Shown: positions 19,287 to 30,162, counted from the stretch's first letter. The stretch is 64,000 bases of DNA from Candidatus Poribacteria bacterium (GCA_965219695.1 CBDCOJ010000031.1:414561-478560), one strand, 5' to 3'. The notes: generated from the sequence alone by a model not told the origin. A program made the numbers and translations.

Positions 19287-20799
19287 TACTATAGTTTGGA
19301 CAGTTTTAATTTTTTTAGAGACAAAAAGCAGAAAAGAGGTTATCCTTTCAGTATAACATTTACTTTGAAAGGACATCAAAATGGATCCTCTTTCCCGCTT
19401 AGAAACTATGTTATCAGATTATCAACACCTCTTCAAGTATAAAAACTTCAACCATTTTCGCACTTTTGTCACGGGTTTGATAAATACTCCGCATCGTGGA
19501 ACGATGACACAGATATATCAATCTACAAGACCTTCAACAACCTATTGGACATTGCCGAAGTTTCTTGATCGCAGCCACTGGTGTATTGACAAACTTACAT
19601 CGGTTTTGACACGGCAAGTTCAAAGCGTTTTTAGCGAAGGTGTCTATGTTTATGATGTGACCAAGTCTACCCATGAAGGTTCTGATCAATATGGCACACA
19701 TTTTTTCATAAACACCCGATATAACAAGCGCAATAAGAACCAATCCAAGTTCCACCACGGGCACGAGTTCGGTGCGATAGGATGGCTCTGTGAAACGCCA
19801 CAAGGCACAAGTCTTTTTCCGTTAGCTGCACGGGTCGTGTGTCCCGGAAAAAAACGGGATACGAGTCTTGAGGTGCTCAAGCGCATCTGTGCCAATATAC
19901 CACCCGGTCTCATCGTATTTGACAGAGGTTTTAATAGACGCAAAGTATTTACTTTGATCCTTTCACAAGGACATCACTTACTCTGTCGCGCAAAGTCAAA
20001 TGCTGTGTTCTATCAGATACCAACGCGACCGAAAGAACCGAAACGAGGCAGACCACGTCGCTATGGAAATCGTGTGCATCTCCCCTATCTGAAGTATAGA
20101 GATATTGTCGTGAAAAACAAGACACTTTCTGTCGCAGACAAAGTCGTGCGGACAAAGATGTGTTCAGAGAATGTCAGGCTCGTTGTGATACGCACACGCA
20201 AGAAGAAATCTAAACCGTATCACTATTTTTGTTTATTTACCTCTGATTTACAACTCCCCGTAGTCGATGTCATCCGACACTATAAAAATCGGTGGCAGAT
20301 TGAAACGGCATTTCGCGATGTGAAACAGAACTTCGGCTTTGATACATATCAAATCCGAAAGCGTAAAAGTTTGAACCGGTTCGCACAACTGAGTTTTGTT
20401 GCAGCAAGTCTCACACAACTTATTTTCACAAATATAGTATCGGATACAGAAAAAGAGGATATGTCTGTTAGCGTAGCAGACGTGTTGAGCACACTGAATA
20501 TGCAGTGGTATAAAGCAAAATATCTGACACGCGGATTGATGGTCGCTTATATGCGACGCTGTTTCCAACAACACTATTTTTCTGCGAGTAACGATCCGAA
20601 ACAAAACTTAGCAAAAAATCTAAAAATAGATGAAGACACCACATGAAACTGAATAGATTACACATTTTTGACGATCCTGTCAAAAATAATCGCAAAATAC
20701 AGTGATTCCAACAAAATTCAGAGAAGCAGGAATGCTTACAAAACAGACTGAACACTTGTTCGGAAGTCCTCAAAGGATAAAATTGTCCAAACTACAGTA
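19287..20799 (+). mobile_element. Insertion sequence (IS4/IS701-like) with terminal inverted repeats
   Basis: A single DDE-transposase ORF is flanked by inverted repeats TACTATAGTTTGGACA (19287..19302) and TGTCCAAACTACAGTA (20784..20799). The element is about 1.5 kb. Confidence 0.55.
19381..20646 (+). CDS. DDE transposase (IS4/IS701-like)
   Basis: 421 aa. The N-terminal '...FRTFVTGLI...' region and overall length fit the IS701/IS4 transposase architecture. The family assignment is from memory and was not searched. Confidence 0.6.
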   Translation: MDPLSRLETMLSDYQHLFKYKNFNHFRTFVTGLINTPHRGTMTQIYQSTRPSTTYWTLPKFLDRSHWCIDKLTSVLTRQVQSVFSEGVYVYDVTKSTHEGSDQYGTHFFINTRYNKRNKNQSKFHHGHEFGAIGWLCETPQGTSLFPLAARVVCPGKKRDTSLEVLKRICANIPPGLIVFDRGFNRRKVFTLILSQGHHLLCRAKSNAVFYQIPTRPKEPKRGRPRRYGNRVHLPYLKYRDIVVKNKTLSVADKVVRTKMCSENVRLVVIRTRKKKSKPYHYFCLFTSDLQLPVVDVIRHYKNRWQIETAFRDVKQNFGFDTYQIRKRKSLNRFAQLSFVAASLTQLIFTNIVSDTEKEDMSVSVADVLSTLNMQWYKAKYLTRGLMVAYMRRCFQQHYFSASNDPKQNLAKNLKIDEDTT

Positions 20800-21014
20800 T
20801 AATTATTCAATAAATGTCAAAAAAGTCAAGAAAAATTTTACATGCCTCTTGCTATTTTATTTGACACCCATCCTATTATTTGCTAAACTATAAAGCAAGT
20901 CCAGTATAGAAAGTAGGCGTGATAACACTAACAGTCAGTCCTACAAGCGTTTTGTGTTAACCTTGCGGCAACTTAACGAAACGCGTCAGCGAAAAGGCAG
21001 GTTCGCTCAATCTT

Positions 21015-22985
21015 TTGAAACAGACAAAACAGACTCTTATTATTCCAGTTGCAGTCCTGCTGAGCCTCTTTATCTTAGCCGAAGTCAACTATCCATTTCT
21101 CAGACCTCAATCTCAATTAGCGATTTTCGCAATGTTGGGATTAATAGTCGTATTCTTGAGGTATCCACTTCATTCCCGTTTTGCTGAAAACCGATTTTGC
21201 CAAATACTTGATTTCGTACTTGTAGGCAGTGTAATAATCTGTTTCGGTTATATCGCAATCCAAACAGAACCTATTTTTGAAAGGCTTTGGTTGAATAGCG
21301 TATTTCTCGGTGAACGCGCCTCCGCAGAACATATATTGGATTACTTCATCGGTGGATTCGGTCTCATTTTAATTCTTGAAGCTGCCCGCCGCTCAATTGG
21401 GATAACATTGCCACTTCTCGCTATTGCTTTCCTCCTCTATGCAAGTTTCGGTCAGTTCATGCCCGGTTGGTTATTTCAACATCGCGGGTATTCCTTACAA
21501 CGGATTATTAGTAAAACGTATTTACATGGCGGTGTATTCGGTATCGCGCTTCGGGTAATGTTTATTTATGTGTTTCTGTTTGTCTTGTTTGGCACTTTTC
21601 TTGAAAGGACGGGGGCTACAGCCTATATTTTAAAGTTAACCAGACGTATTTTTGGCAAAAGCGTCGGTAGCCCGGCAAAAGTGGCAGTGATTGGAAGTGG
21701 TCTGATGGGTTCACTTTCAGGATCAGCAGTTGCAAACACAGCGACAACCGGAACGTTCACGATCCCGTTGATGCGGAGTGTAGGTTTTCAACCAACTATT
21801 GCAGGTGGGATCGAAGCTGCAGCAAGTTCAGGTGGAGCATTAGTACCGCCAATCATGGGTGCTGCAGCTTACATGATGTTAGAAATTGTGGAGCCATCTG
21901 TTACCTATCTTGAAATAATTAAAGCAGCCTTGCTTCCTGCTATTCTCTACTATACCGCGCTGTTACTCATCGTACATTTTTATGCGAAACGCATTAGCAA
22001 TACAACATTGAATCAATCTGCACAAGATACAGCCGCAGATCAAGACACTGGCCAAGATGACTCACCTATAGAGAAACTTTCAAAGATGCAGGGTGTTGTT
22101 TTTTTCGCCGCGTTTATTATCTTGATACTGTTTCTATTGATGGGTTCTACGCCGTTTCGCGCTGTTAGTTGGAGTCTTCTCACAATATTAATTGTAAGTC
22201 TATTTCACTCAAAAACTCGTGTAGGTATTACTGGAATTTTGAAATCCATGGAAAACGCTGCACATAGCGGTGTATCACTGATAGCTGCCGCTGCGTGTGT
22301 TGGAATCATCTTAGGGGTAGTTGACCTGACAGGTGTAGGATCCGAAATGGCGTCAGCCTTGTTGTCACTGGCGGAAACCAATTTAATATTTGCGCTTTTT
22401 TTGCTGATGATCTCCACAATTATACTGGGGATGGGACTTCCGTCCTCAGTTTGTTATCTGCTGGTAGCGATTATGGTAGGACCAGTGCTTGTAGACTTGG
22501 GCGTGGTTTTACTTGCAGCACACTTTTTTATTTTCTATTTTGGAATGATGTCAATGGTCACACCTCCTGTGGCTTTAGCTGCCTATACCGCCGCGGCAAT
22601 TGCCAGGGCCAGCATAATGCAAACAGCATTCGCTGCTTTTCGTTTTGCACTCGTAGGCTTTGCGTTACCTTATGCCTTTGTGCTACGCCCCGAACTTCTA
22701 TGGCTCAACATAGATGGTGGTAGTCCAGAATTATGGGCATTTATAATTAATTTGTCATTAACATTAGTTGGGACAGTGATTCTTGCAGCAAGTATAGCAG
22801 GATACGCCTTCAAGGACATATCTCTATCGGAGCGCGGCATTATGTTTATTACGGCAGCGATTCTGTTTTTTGCACCTACAGAAATGGGTTTCATTTGGAT
22901 CCATGTTATAGCAATAGTTGCGGGGACTCTTATCTTTTACTATAATTGGCGTAAAGGAACGTTAAACCATGAAAACTACACTTAA
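21015..22985 (+). CDS. TRAP transporter fused permease (4TM/12TM DctQM-type fusion)
   Basis: 656 aa and polytopic. Glycine-rich DctM-like segments ('VIGSGLMGSLSGSAVANTATTG', 'AAAYMMLE'). Confidence 0.7.
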   Translation: MKQTKQTLIIPVAVLLSLFILAEVNYPFLRPQSQLAIFAMLGLIVVFLRYPLHSRFAENRFCQILDFVLVGSVIICFGYIAIQTEPIFERLWLNSVFLGERASAEHILDYFIGGFGLILILEAARRSIGITLPLLAIAFLLYASFGQFMPGWLFQHRGYSLQRIISKTYLHGGVFGIALRVMFIYVFLFVLFGTFLERTGATAYILKLTRRIFGKSVGSPAKVAVIGSGLMGSLSGSAVANTATTGTFTIPLMRSVGFQPTIAGGIEAAASSGGALVPPIMGAAAYMMLEIVEPSVTYLEIIKAALLPAILYYTALLLIVHFYAKRISNTTLNQSAQDTAADQDTGQDDSPIEKLSKMQGVVFFAAFIILILFLLMGSTPFRAVSWSLLTILIVSLFHSKTRVGITGILKSMENAAHSGVSLIAAAACVGIILGVVDLTGVGSEMASALLSLAETNLIFALFLLMISTIILGMGLPSSVCYLLVAIMVGPVLVDLGVVLLAAHFFIFYFGMMSMVTPPVALAAYTAAAIARASIMQTAFAAFRFALVGFALPYAFVLRPELLWLNIDGGSPELWAFIINLSLTLVGTVILAASIAGYAFKDISLSERGIMFITAAILFFAPTEMGFIWIHVIAIVAGTLIFYYNWRKGTLNHENYT

Positions 22986-23163
22986 GTGGGTTCTTTATAG
23001 TTTGCTGGTGCTGCTATTTATTCTCCACAACGATTTTTGGTTATGGGGGACACCTCAACTTGTTTTAGGACTACCAGTTGGATTGTTATATCACATTGTG
23101 TTTTGCTTTGCCGCATCTCTACTTATGTTTTTTATAGTCAAATTCGTATGGAGGGAAAAATGA
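22969..23163 (+). CDS. Small two-helix membrane protein (DUF3311/YhdT-like) preceding the SSS symporter
   Basis: 64 aa with two hydrophobic helices. Its stop overlaps the start of the downstream symporter, an arrangement common for small partner proteins of SSS transporters. Confidence 0.4.
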   Translation: MKTTLKWVLYSLLVLLFILHNDFWLWGTPQLVLGLPVGLLYHIVFCFAASLLMFFIVKFVWREK

Positions 23164-24619
23164 TCCTTACGGTCATTATTATTTATTTGGCTTTAGTGCT
23201 GAGCATAGGTATTCTAAGCCATAAGTTTTTCCAAAAAACGGGCGAAGACTATTTTGTGGCAAGTCGTAACATTAATTGGTTTGTGCTATTGATGACGCTT
23301 TTTGGCACAAACATGACAGCGTTTTCTATCCTCGGCGCATCTGGAGAGGCTTACCACAGAGGTATCGGTGTTTTTGCATTAATGGCATCCTCTTCTGCTA
23401 TCATCGTACCATGTGTGTTCTTCTTTATCGGAACCCGTCTGTGGCAGATCGGAAAAAAGTTTGGATACATGACACAGGTACAATACTTTCGCGATCGTTG
23501 GGAATCAAATAGTTTGGGTATACTTATTTTCTAGTCCTTGTGCTACTCCTCATTCCTTATCTACTTATTGGGGTAATGGGAGGCGGTGGAACATTGGCGA
23601 CAATTACAGAGGACATGATTCCACAGTGGTTAGGTGGATTACTGGTGTGCGCTGTTGTATTATGTTATGTTACCTATAGCGGAATGCGTGGCACAGCATG
23701 GGTCAATACATTTCAAACGCTTGTTTTTATGACACTTGGAGGTATTGCCTTTGTAGTTATTATAAATCGTATGGGAGGATTTTCCAACGCGCTTTCTAAA
23801 GTCGATACAAATTTGCTGATGCAGGCTAATCACATTGAGCCGTTAGAACTTTTCACATATACATGTATACCACTTTCTGTTGGCATGTTTCCGCATATTT
23901 TCTCACATTGCCTGACAGCGAAAGATGTTAGCACCTTTCGTTATCCAATAATTTTCTATCCGATCTGTATCGCAATTGTTTGGATTCCAAGCGTGTTACT
24001 TGGGATATTGGGTAACGTGGGTTTTCCGAGTTTAGAAGGACCGCAAGTTAACAATGTGCTGATTCAGATGATTCGTGAATACGCCCCAGGCATTTTGTCA
24101 GGCTTTTTAGCAGCAGGTGTGTTTGCAGCAATCATGTCTTCATTAGATTCACAATCGCTCTCTCTTGGCAGCATGTTTACACACGACATCGTTCGTCCTT
24201 ACCTTAGAAAACATGGACAAGAACAGATGTCCGAAAAACAACAGGTATGGTATGGACGATTATTTGTAGTCTGTGTCCTATGCATTACCTATATCATTTC
24301 TCTTATTGCTACACCGAGTATTTTTAAGCTCGCAATTTGGTCTTTTACAGGTTTTTCTGGACTATTTCCGATAGTAGTTGCTGCACTTTTTTGGAAACGT
24401 AGTACAAAGCATGGTGTATACGCATCTATCATTAGTGTCATACTACTATGGTTATATTTCTTTCTCAACAATTGGAAAACACCCGGATATACTGTTGGTG
24501 GAACAGGAATTATGCCTGTAGCAGTAATTATCCTTATATCTTCATTAACCTTGATATTTGTTTCTTTACTTACAAAACCGCCATCAACAGAAACTGTTGA
24601 AAGGTTTTTCATCAATTGA
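23160..24619 (+). CDS. Sodium:solute symporter (SSS family), interrupted by a frameshift near 23513..23534 (two ORF pieces 23160..23534 and 23540..24619)
   Basis: The N-terminal piece 'MILTVIIIYLALVLSIG...YFVASRNINWFVLLMTLFGTNMTAFSILGASGEAY' is the classic SSS start. The downstream piece continues the polytopic permease in another frame. It is either a pseudogene or a sequencing error. Confidence 0.55.
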
Positions 24620-24675
24620 CAACTTAGGGGAGATTTGCAAGTTAACATTTATTGAACTTAGCGGAAAGTTAAAAG

Positions 24676-25965
24676 ATGAAAGTTGCTTATATTACAGCAG
24701 GCGCTGCAGGTATGTATTGTGGCACCTGCATCCATGATAATACTGTAGCAACGGTGCTACAGAAACAGGGACATAACGTTTCATTGATTCCGACTTATAC
24801 GCCTACTCGAACAGATGAAGTGAACGTCAGTTTGAATCGCGTCTTTTTTGGGGGAATTAACGTATATCTTCAACAGAAACTATCTTTCTTTCGGCATACA
24901 CCATGGGTTTTTGATAAACTTCTTGATAATTCATCATTATTGAACGGATTGTCGCGATTCAGTGCTTCTACAGATGCACGAGATTTGGGTATGTTGACGG
25001 TGTCTATGCTCAGTGCTGAACAAGGGTATCAAAGCAAAGAGTTGGAAAAATTGGTCAAATGGCTACAAGAAGATGATCAACCGGACATCGTTTATTTGAC
25101 GAACTCCATGTTTGTAGGTTTTACGAGAGAAATTAAAAATGCCTTAGATATACCGGTTATATGTGGACTTCAAGGTGAAGATATCTTTCTTCGTGATTTG
25201 ATTGATCCTTACAAAACTAAGGCATTAAGCTTGCTTGCAGAACGCGCTGCGGATGCTGATGGGTTTGTCGCACCCTGCAACTACTATGCACAATTTATGG
25301 CAGAGGAGTATCTAAAAGTACCTGTTGATAAGATTGATGTCGTGCCACTCGGTTTGAATCTGGATGGACACGGAAATTTGGTGGAGAAAGCAGGACCTCC
25401 TCCCCTTAAAATTGGCTATTTAGCACGCATTTGTCCTGAAAAAGGGTTACATCTCTTAGTCAGCGCATTCTATACACTGACAAAAGAGTTAGGTGCGGAT
25501 AACATAGAACTGCATGTCGCGGGGTATCTTGGCCAAAAAGATGAACCCTATTTTCAGGAGTTAGTTAATCAAATTCATGCTTGGGGATTGCAAGATAGTT
25601 TTGTGCATTACGGAGAAGTGACGCGTTCACAAAAGATAGATTTTTTGAATCGCCTACATGTTTTCTCTGTTCCGACAGTTTACCGTGAATCAAAAGGTCT
25701 ATCTATCTTGGAAGCACTCGCGAATGGAGTGCCAGTTGTTCAACCTCAGCATGGAGCATTTCCTGAGATGGTTAAAGCGACCGAAGGAGGGCTCTTGGTA
25801 GAACCTGAATCTTCAGAGGCACTCGCTGAAGGCATATTTCAACTATTCCGAGACCCATCAAAACGGAAGCAATTAGGAATAGTAGGCAAGTCTAATGTGC
25901 ATCAGAATTTCAGTGACATTATTACTGCACAGCAGCTTATGAAAGTGTTTGAAAAATATCTTTAG
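24676..25965 (+). CDS. Glycosyltransferase family 4 (GT-B, 'group 1')
   Basis: 429 aa. The C-terminal half, with 'E..G..ILEALA.G.PVV', is the GT4 EX7E-type region. Confidence 0.65.
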   Translation: MKVAYITAGAAGMYCGTCIHDNTVATVLQKQGHNVSLIPTYTPTRTDEVNVSLNRVFFGGINVYLQQKLSFFRHTPWVFDKLLDNSSLLNGLSRFSASTDARDLGMLTVSMLSAEQGYQSKELEKLVKWLQEDDQPDIVYLTNSMFVGFTREIKNALDIPVICGLQGEDIFLRDLIDPYKTKALSLLAERAADADGFVAPCNYYAQFMAEEYLKVPVDKIDVVPLGLNLDGHGNLVEKAGPPPLKIGYLARICPEKGLHLLVSAFYTLTKELGADNIELHVAGYLGQKDEPYFQELVNQIHAWGLQDSFVHYGEVTRSQKIDFLNRLHVFSVPTVYRESKGLSILEALANGVPVVQPQHGAFPEMVKATEGGLLVEPESSEALAEGIFQLFRDPSKRKQLGIVGKSNVHQNFSDIITAQQLMKVFEKYL

Positions 25966-26039
25966 CGTTTCCTATACGTCAAGCGTTTTCCTGTTTTCAT
26001 ACTTATAGTGAATTTAAAAATTAAGCTTACACTTCTTCT

Positions 26040-26150
26040 GTGAATCAACGCTGAATGCGCTTGGCGAAATGCGCGTGGTAGAATGCGCCAAATCAAAAAA
26101 TCAACGGTATGAATGACGTTTAGTCATTCCCCGGAGTTCCCTCCTACAAA
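26040..26150. repeat. Family B palindromic repeat cluster with a terminal family-A-like end (..CCCTCCTAC)
   Basis: AATCAACGGTATGAATGACGTTTAGTCATTCCCCGGAGTTCCCTCCTAC. It is near-identical to the copies at 8871 and 13170. Confidence 0.75.
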
Positions 26151-26216
26151 ATCCTAAATACTGAAGTATTTGAATGACATTAAGAATTTAAGTAGATAAA
26201 AGAAAAGGAGATAATA

Positions 26217-26693
26217 ATGGTAAAAACGTGGATAATTTTCGTTGTAATGACCGTAGCATCCTGGGGACTCTACGGAGTTTTTCTTCATAAAGGTCAATTG
26301 TCTATGGCTGATGCTGTGCATGGACGTTATAAAGCATTTCTCTTTGTCGGTCTTGCATATCTTTTGGTAGCCGTGATCGGTTCTGTCGTAATGCTCATGG
26401 TAAATGGCGCTGAATGGTCTTTTACAGGGAAAGGCGTATCATGGTCTTTCCTTGCAGGCGTTGTCGGTGCTATCGGTGCATTTGGCGTGTTGCTGGCATT
26501 CGGTGCAAAAGGCAGACCAGCGGTAGTTATGTCCATCGTTTTCGCGGGAGCACCAATAGTGAATGCTATAGTTGCGACGCTGTCACATCCACCTGAAGGT
26601 GGTTGGGGTGCTATCCGCTGGCAATTTGTACTTGGGATTTTGCTTGCAGCGGCAGGTGGATGCTTAGTAACATTTTTTAAACCTGGCTCTTAG
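26217..26693 (+). CDS. Small polytopic membrane protein (hypothetical)
   Basis: 158 aa with 4 to 5 hydrophobic helices. It is preceded by an AAGGAG RBS. Confidence 0.4.
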   Translation: MVKTWIIFVVMTVASWGLYGVFLHKGQLSMADAVHGRYKAFLFVGLAYLLVAVIGSVVMLMVNGAEWSFTGKGVSWSFLAGVVGAIGAFGVLLAFGAKGRPAVVMSIVFAGAPIVNAIVATLSHPPEGGWGAIRWQFVLGILLAAAGGCLVTFFKPGS

Positions 26694-26908
26694 CGCGAAA
26701 ATAAAATATCTCGCTGAACCAGATCATTTCACGCCAATTATCTGGTTAAGAAGTGTTGTCCAGACGATGTTTGCAGGATTGATAGGAATACCTAAAATCC
26801 TGCAATTTTTTAACTTTTTTCAGTATCGCATCTTGCAGAAAATACAGCAAATACTATCCTTTTCGGACAATAATGTCTCTAATATGTAGGAAAAGGAGAA
26901 ATTGTTTG

Positions 26909-27493
26909 ATGAGCACAGAAGAATTGAAAGATGACGAAGATGCGGAACTAATAATTGCAGTGCTTGCTGGCAATCTAAAAGCATTTGATGAATTGGTTTT
27001 TCGGTATCAACGAGCAATGCTAACGGTGGCTCAACAAATTGTCCGAGACCCTACCGAGGCAGAAGATATTGTCCAAGATGCTTTTCTGCTTGCTTTTGAG
27101 GCACTTCCGCAACTGGATAATTTAAACAGGTTTGGTTCATGGCTCTATTCAATTACACGTAACCGCGCGCTGCGCTTCGTAAAACGAGCAAGCAAATTTC
27201 AACTGCATGAAGATGAAGATGCTGAATTGCAAGTAGAGGCAGATCCTGCTTCTTCTGATCCTGCACAAATTTTAGTTCAAGAATCCACTCACGAGGCAGT
27301 CAGAGATACAATTAACTCCTTACCCGACGAATTTCAGGAGGTTATCACACTCTATTATTGGGCAGATATGCCGCAGAAACGTATTGCAGAATTTTTATCG
27401 ATTCCGTTAACCACAGTTAAATGGCGACTCCACAAAGCAAAGGAATTGTTAAAATCACTTTTAGAAAAACGAGGATATGGAGATATATTGTAG
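26909..27493 (+). CDS. ECF-subfamily RNA polymerase sigma-70 factor
   Basis: A region-2-like 'AFDELVFRYQRAMLTVAQQIVRDPTEAEDIVQDAFLLAF' and a region-4-like 'LPDEFQEVITLYYWADMPQKRIAEFLSIPLTTVKWRLHKAKELL'. The start is moved to ATG 26909, which has an AAGGAGA RBS. Confidence 0.8.
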   Translation: MSTEELKDDEDAELIIAVLAGNLKAFDELVFRYQRAMLTVAQQIVRDPTEAEDIVQDAFLLAFEALPQLDNLNRFGSWLYSITRNRALRFVKRASKFQLHEDEDAELQVEADPASSDPAQILVQESTHEAVRDTINSLPDEFQEVITLYYWADMPQKRIAEFLSIPLTTVKWRLHKAKELLKSLLEKRGYGDIL

Positions 27494-27569
27494 GTTTGAA
27501 TTGTTCAGTGATTTGAAGTTGATCAGGACAAATAGACAAATTTAGCGTTTACATTCAGAGGTATCTCAA

Positions 27570-28970
27570 ATGCAACAAGAACGACAACAAGAAATTCGCG
27601 GACTTTTTCAGATATTAGAGCAGACAGCAGAAATCGCAGATGATTCAATATTGACACAAACACATAAGGGTGGAGAAAATCGGTGCGTCTCCCAATTTAA
27701 TAAGGTCTTGTATCGGCTAAGTGAGATCAATGCCGTACCAGAGGGGCTTTTTGATCCATTACCAGAGGATGCCTCTTTTAGTGAAATAAGTATTGCCTGT
27801 AATCACCTCGCGGCTTACCTCAGCGAGGGATTAGGAATATCAGCTGATCTAAAAAGCATGATGACCAATATTCTTGGAAAATCATTTATTGAAAACATTG
27901 GTGAAGAATTCAAGGAAGGGAAGATAGGCGTTTTAATACGTAAATCTATGCCAGACTTCTTGACACAAACTACCTTAGACGACATTGAAGAATCGTTCAA
28001 CGTAAATCCTGATGGTAAACTGACTCTTGATACAGACTTAGGGACAATTGACGTTCGGACAGGAGAGAGCGAAGTCGTCAACGTTATCGTCCGTCGTTCT
28101 GCCCAGTTGAAAGCAGATAGAAATGCCACTGAAATCCTCAAAGACTTTCAGGTAAACTTTAACGAACAGGGACAGGAACTTCAGATCAACGGAAAGTTCA
28201 ATGAGGAGAAACAGGACTGGAAAAAAATAGGCGATCGTATGGACATTCATTTTGAAATTACGATTCCAAAAACTCATTCCGACGTTTTTTTGAAAACTGC
28301 AAGTGGGGATATATTTGTTACTAATACAAACGGAATAGTCCAAAGTAGGACAGGTAAGGGTAAACTTCAGTTTGAGAATGTTACAGGTGCTGTTTTTGGA
28401 TATACCGGTTTTGGGAATGTCAGATTGACAAAATGTAAAAGTGATGTTCGGGTCGAATCATCTGGAAGCAATATTGAGATAGTTGAGAACATCGGTAGAG
28501 TTGATGCGATCACATCTGGTGGGAATGTGCGATGTACTGATGTAATTGGTGCAATTTCTGCTGAAACATCAGGTGGGACTCTTAAGCTAATCCGATGCAA
28601 AGGTGGGGCAAATGTTGAAACATCAGGTGGAAGTATAAGTTTGGATAACGATGGACCTGTTACAGCCAAAACTGCTGGTGGCTCTATCGTTGCAAATATG
28701 TTGGGACAACCCCAAGATGATTGGATTTTAGAGTCATCCGGTGGCGACATCACTGTCTCTCTGATCTCCGAGATTTTAGCAAAACTTGATGCAAGAAGTA
28801 TTGGTGGCAACATTAAAACTGAACTTCCGGTCAATAGAATTAGTCAAGAAACGCCAAAAGAATGGCAATTGCAAGGGATTATTAATGGAGACGGACCTCT
28901 CTTAACACTCCGTAGTGTCGGCGGCAATATAAATTTGAAATGTAGCAATGTGGACGACGATACGCAATAA
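27570..28970 (+). CDS. DUF4097-type putative adhesin-repeat (beta-helix-like) protein, possible sigma-factor partner
   Basis: The C-terminal half consists of repeated 'SGGxIxV / GGNIK / TSGGSI' segments, characteristic of DUF4097 (YvlB/LiaG-like). It sits immediately downstream of the ECF sigma. No TM helix is obvious. Confidence 0.45.
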   Translation: MQQERQQEIRGLFQILEQTAEIADDSILTQTHKGGENRCVSQFNKVLYRLSEINAVPEGLFDPLPEDASFSEISIACNHLAAYLSEGLGISADLKSMMTNILGKSFIENIGEEFKEGKIGVLIRKSMPDFLTQTTLDDIEESFNVNPDGKLTLDTDLGTIDVRTGESEVVNVIVRRSAQLKADRNATEILKDFQVNFNEQGQELQINGKFNEEKQDWKKIGDRMDIHFEITIPKTHSDVFLKTASGDIFVTNTNGIVQSRTGKGKLQFENVTGAVFGYTGFGNVRLTKCKSDVRVESSGSNIEIVENIGRVDAITSGGNVRCTDVIGAISAETSGGTLKLIRCKGGANVETSGGSISLDNDGPVTAKTAGGSIVANMLGQPQDDWILESSGGDITVSLISEILAKLDARSIGGNIKTELPVNRISQETPKEWQLQGIINGDGPLLTLRSVGGNINLKCSNVDDDTQ

Positions 28971-29273
28971 GATAAAGAATCAGATATAGAAATAACGAGT
29001 TGTGCTAAAAAACTAATTGTAAAATATTGTTTCACAATTACATGGCGTTTTTTAATTTTTTATCATTAGTTGATTCTTTCTTCAGTCCCACTGAATGCCA
29101 TAAAGGCATCCATAGCGTTGATTTGGTAGTGACTGATGTGTATAACATGAGTTCAGTATGCGAGAAAATAACAAAAACAATTAGTTAACTGGCACAAGTC
29201 GTAATGTAAAGTTAATTGTAGAATCCACTATAGAATATATAGATAAAAGAGAAGTTCTAAGGAGAATAGAAAG

Positions 29274-30110
29274 ATGGAGCAGAAATTCACAATCGAACAT
29301 CCCGGCGAAGTAATAGATCACCCCTTTCCGCCGACCCGTCCTGATATCAAGATAGTTGAAAGTTCAGATCGGATTTATGAAGTAGATTGTCAAGAACTAC
29401 AATGGTGGTTCGCTATCCCCAAGATGGGTGAACGTTATATGTGGGCAGAATACGATGGCGAGACACAGAAGTTAGATGCTGTAACAGAGATGATTCCCAC
29501 CGCTCCCGCTATTATTCGAGATATTGATTGCGTTGAAATCCAATTCAATGAATGGCTCGCGAAGGACTGGCCGCCCTCTCCAGATTTAATGTACGTTGCC
29601 ATTGATGAAACTCACACAAGATGGATTTCAGTCGTAAATACAATTGATGACAGGCGCATTTTCAATACAATCGGCGACGAATGGTTTGAAGCCCAATGGG
29701 GACCAGATGCCAAACGCCGCATCGTTGACGATGGACGCTATGAACTTCAACCTGATGGCTCCTACAAACTTACGGACGGACAAGGGTTTGGTGCAGGCAC
29801 GTATGATGTGACGATTGGTGAGAACACCTTCCACTGTCTCCGTGTTTTAGATGCTGATATTACCAAAGAACACGGTGATGAACTCGCGGAAGTTTATATT
29901 GAAGAAGAAACCGGGCGCACGGTCTTCTTTAGACGTTATGACGGTCGATATTTACGTGGTGATCTGCTTAAAAAGTTTCCTAACAATCGTCGTATTGTGA
30001 TAAATGACATCACCTATATACATAGCAACTGCACTGGTTGGTTTCATGATACATTCACATTGGCATCTTTTGGTCAAACTGCTAACGCCACAGATGAAAC
30101 CGAAAAGTAA
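29274..30110 (+). CDS. Hypothetical protein
   Basis: 278 aa ORF with an AGGAGAA RBS. I recognise no motifs. Confidence 0.4.
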   Translation: MEQKFTIEHPGEVIDHPFPPTRPDIKIVESSDRIYEVDCQELQWWFAIPKMGERYMWAEYDGETQKLDAVTEMIPTAPAIIRDIDCVEIQFNEWLAKDWPPSPDLMYVAIDETHTRWISVVNTIDDRRIFNTIGDEWFEAQWGPDAKRRIVDDGRYELQPDGSYKLTDGQGFGAGTYDVTIGENTFHCLRVLDADITKEHGDELAEVYIEEETGRTVFFRRYDGRYLRGDLLKKFPNNRRIVINDITYIHSNCTGWFHDTFTLASFGQTANATDETEK

Positions 30111-30162
30111 GATTCAATAAGCATTTACTATTGGTCTGTCTACTCCAAAATTGCGGGTATAG

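Noticed and set aside
26327-28834. Minus-strand ORFs overlapping the membrane protein, ECF sigma and DUF4097 genes (26327..26536, 27815..28141, 28038..28343, 28367..28834)
   Set aside because: Shadow ORFs opposite well-supported plus-strand genes.
29187-29205. Sigma-54 promoter (TGGCAC-N5-GTAAT)
   Set aside because: Only the -24 half matches. The -12 element is not TTGCA/TTGCT.
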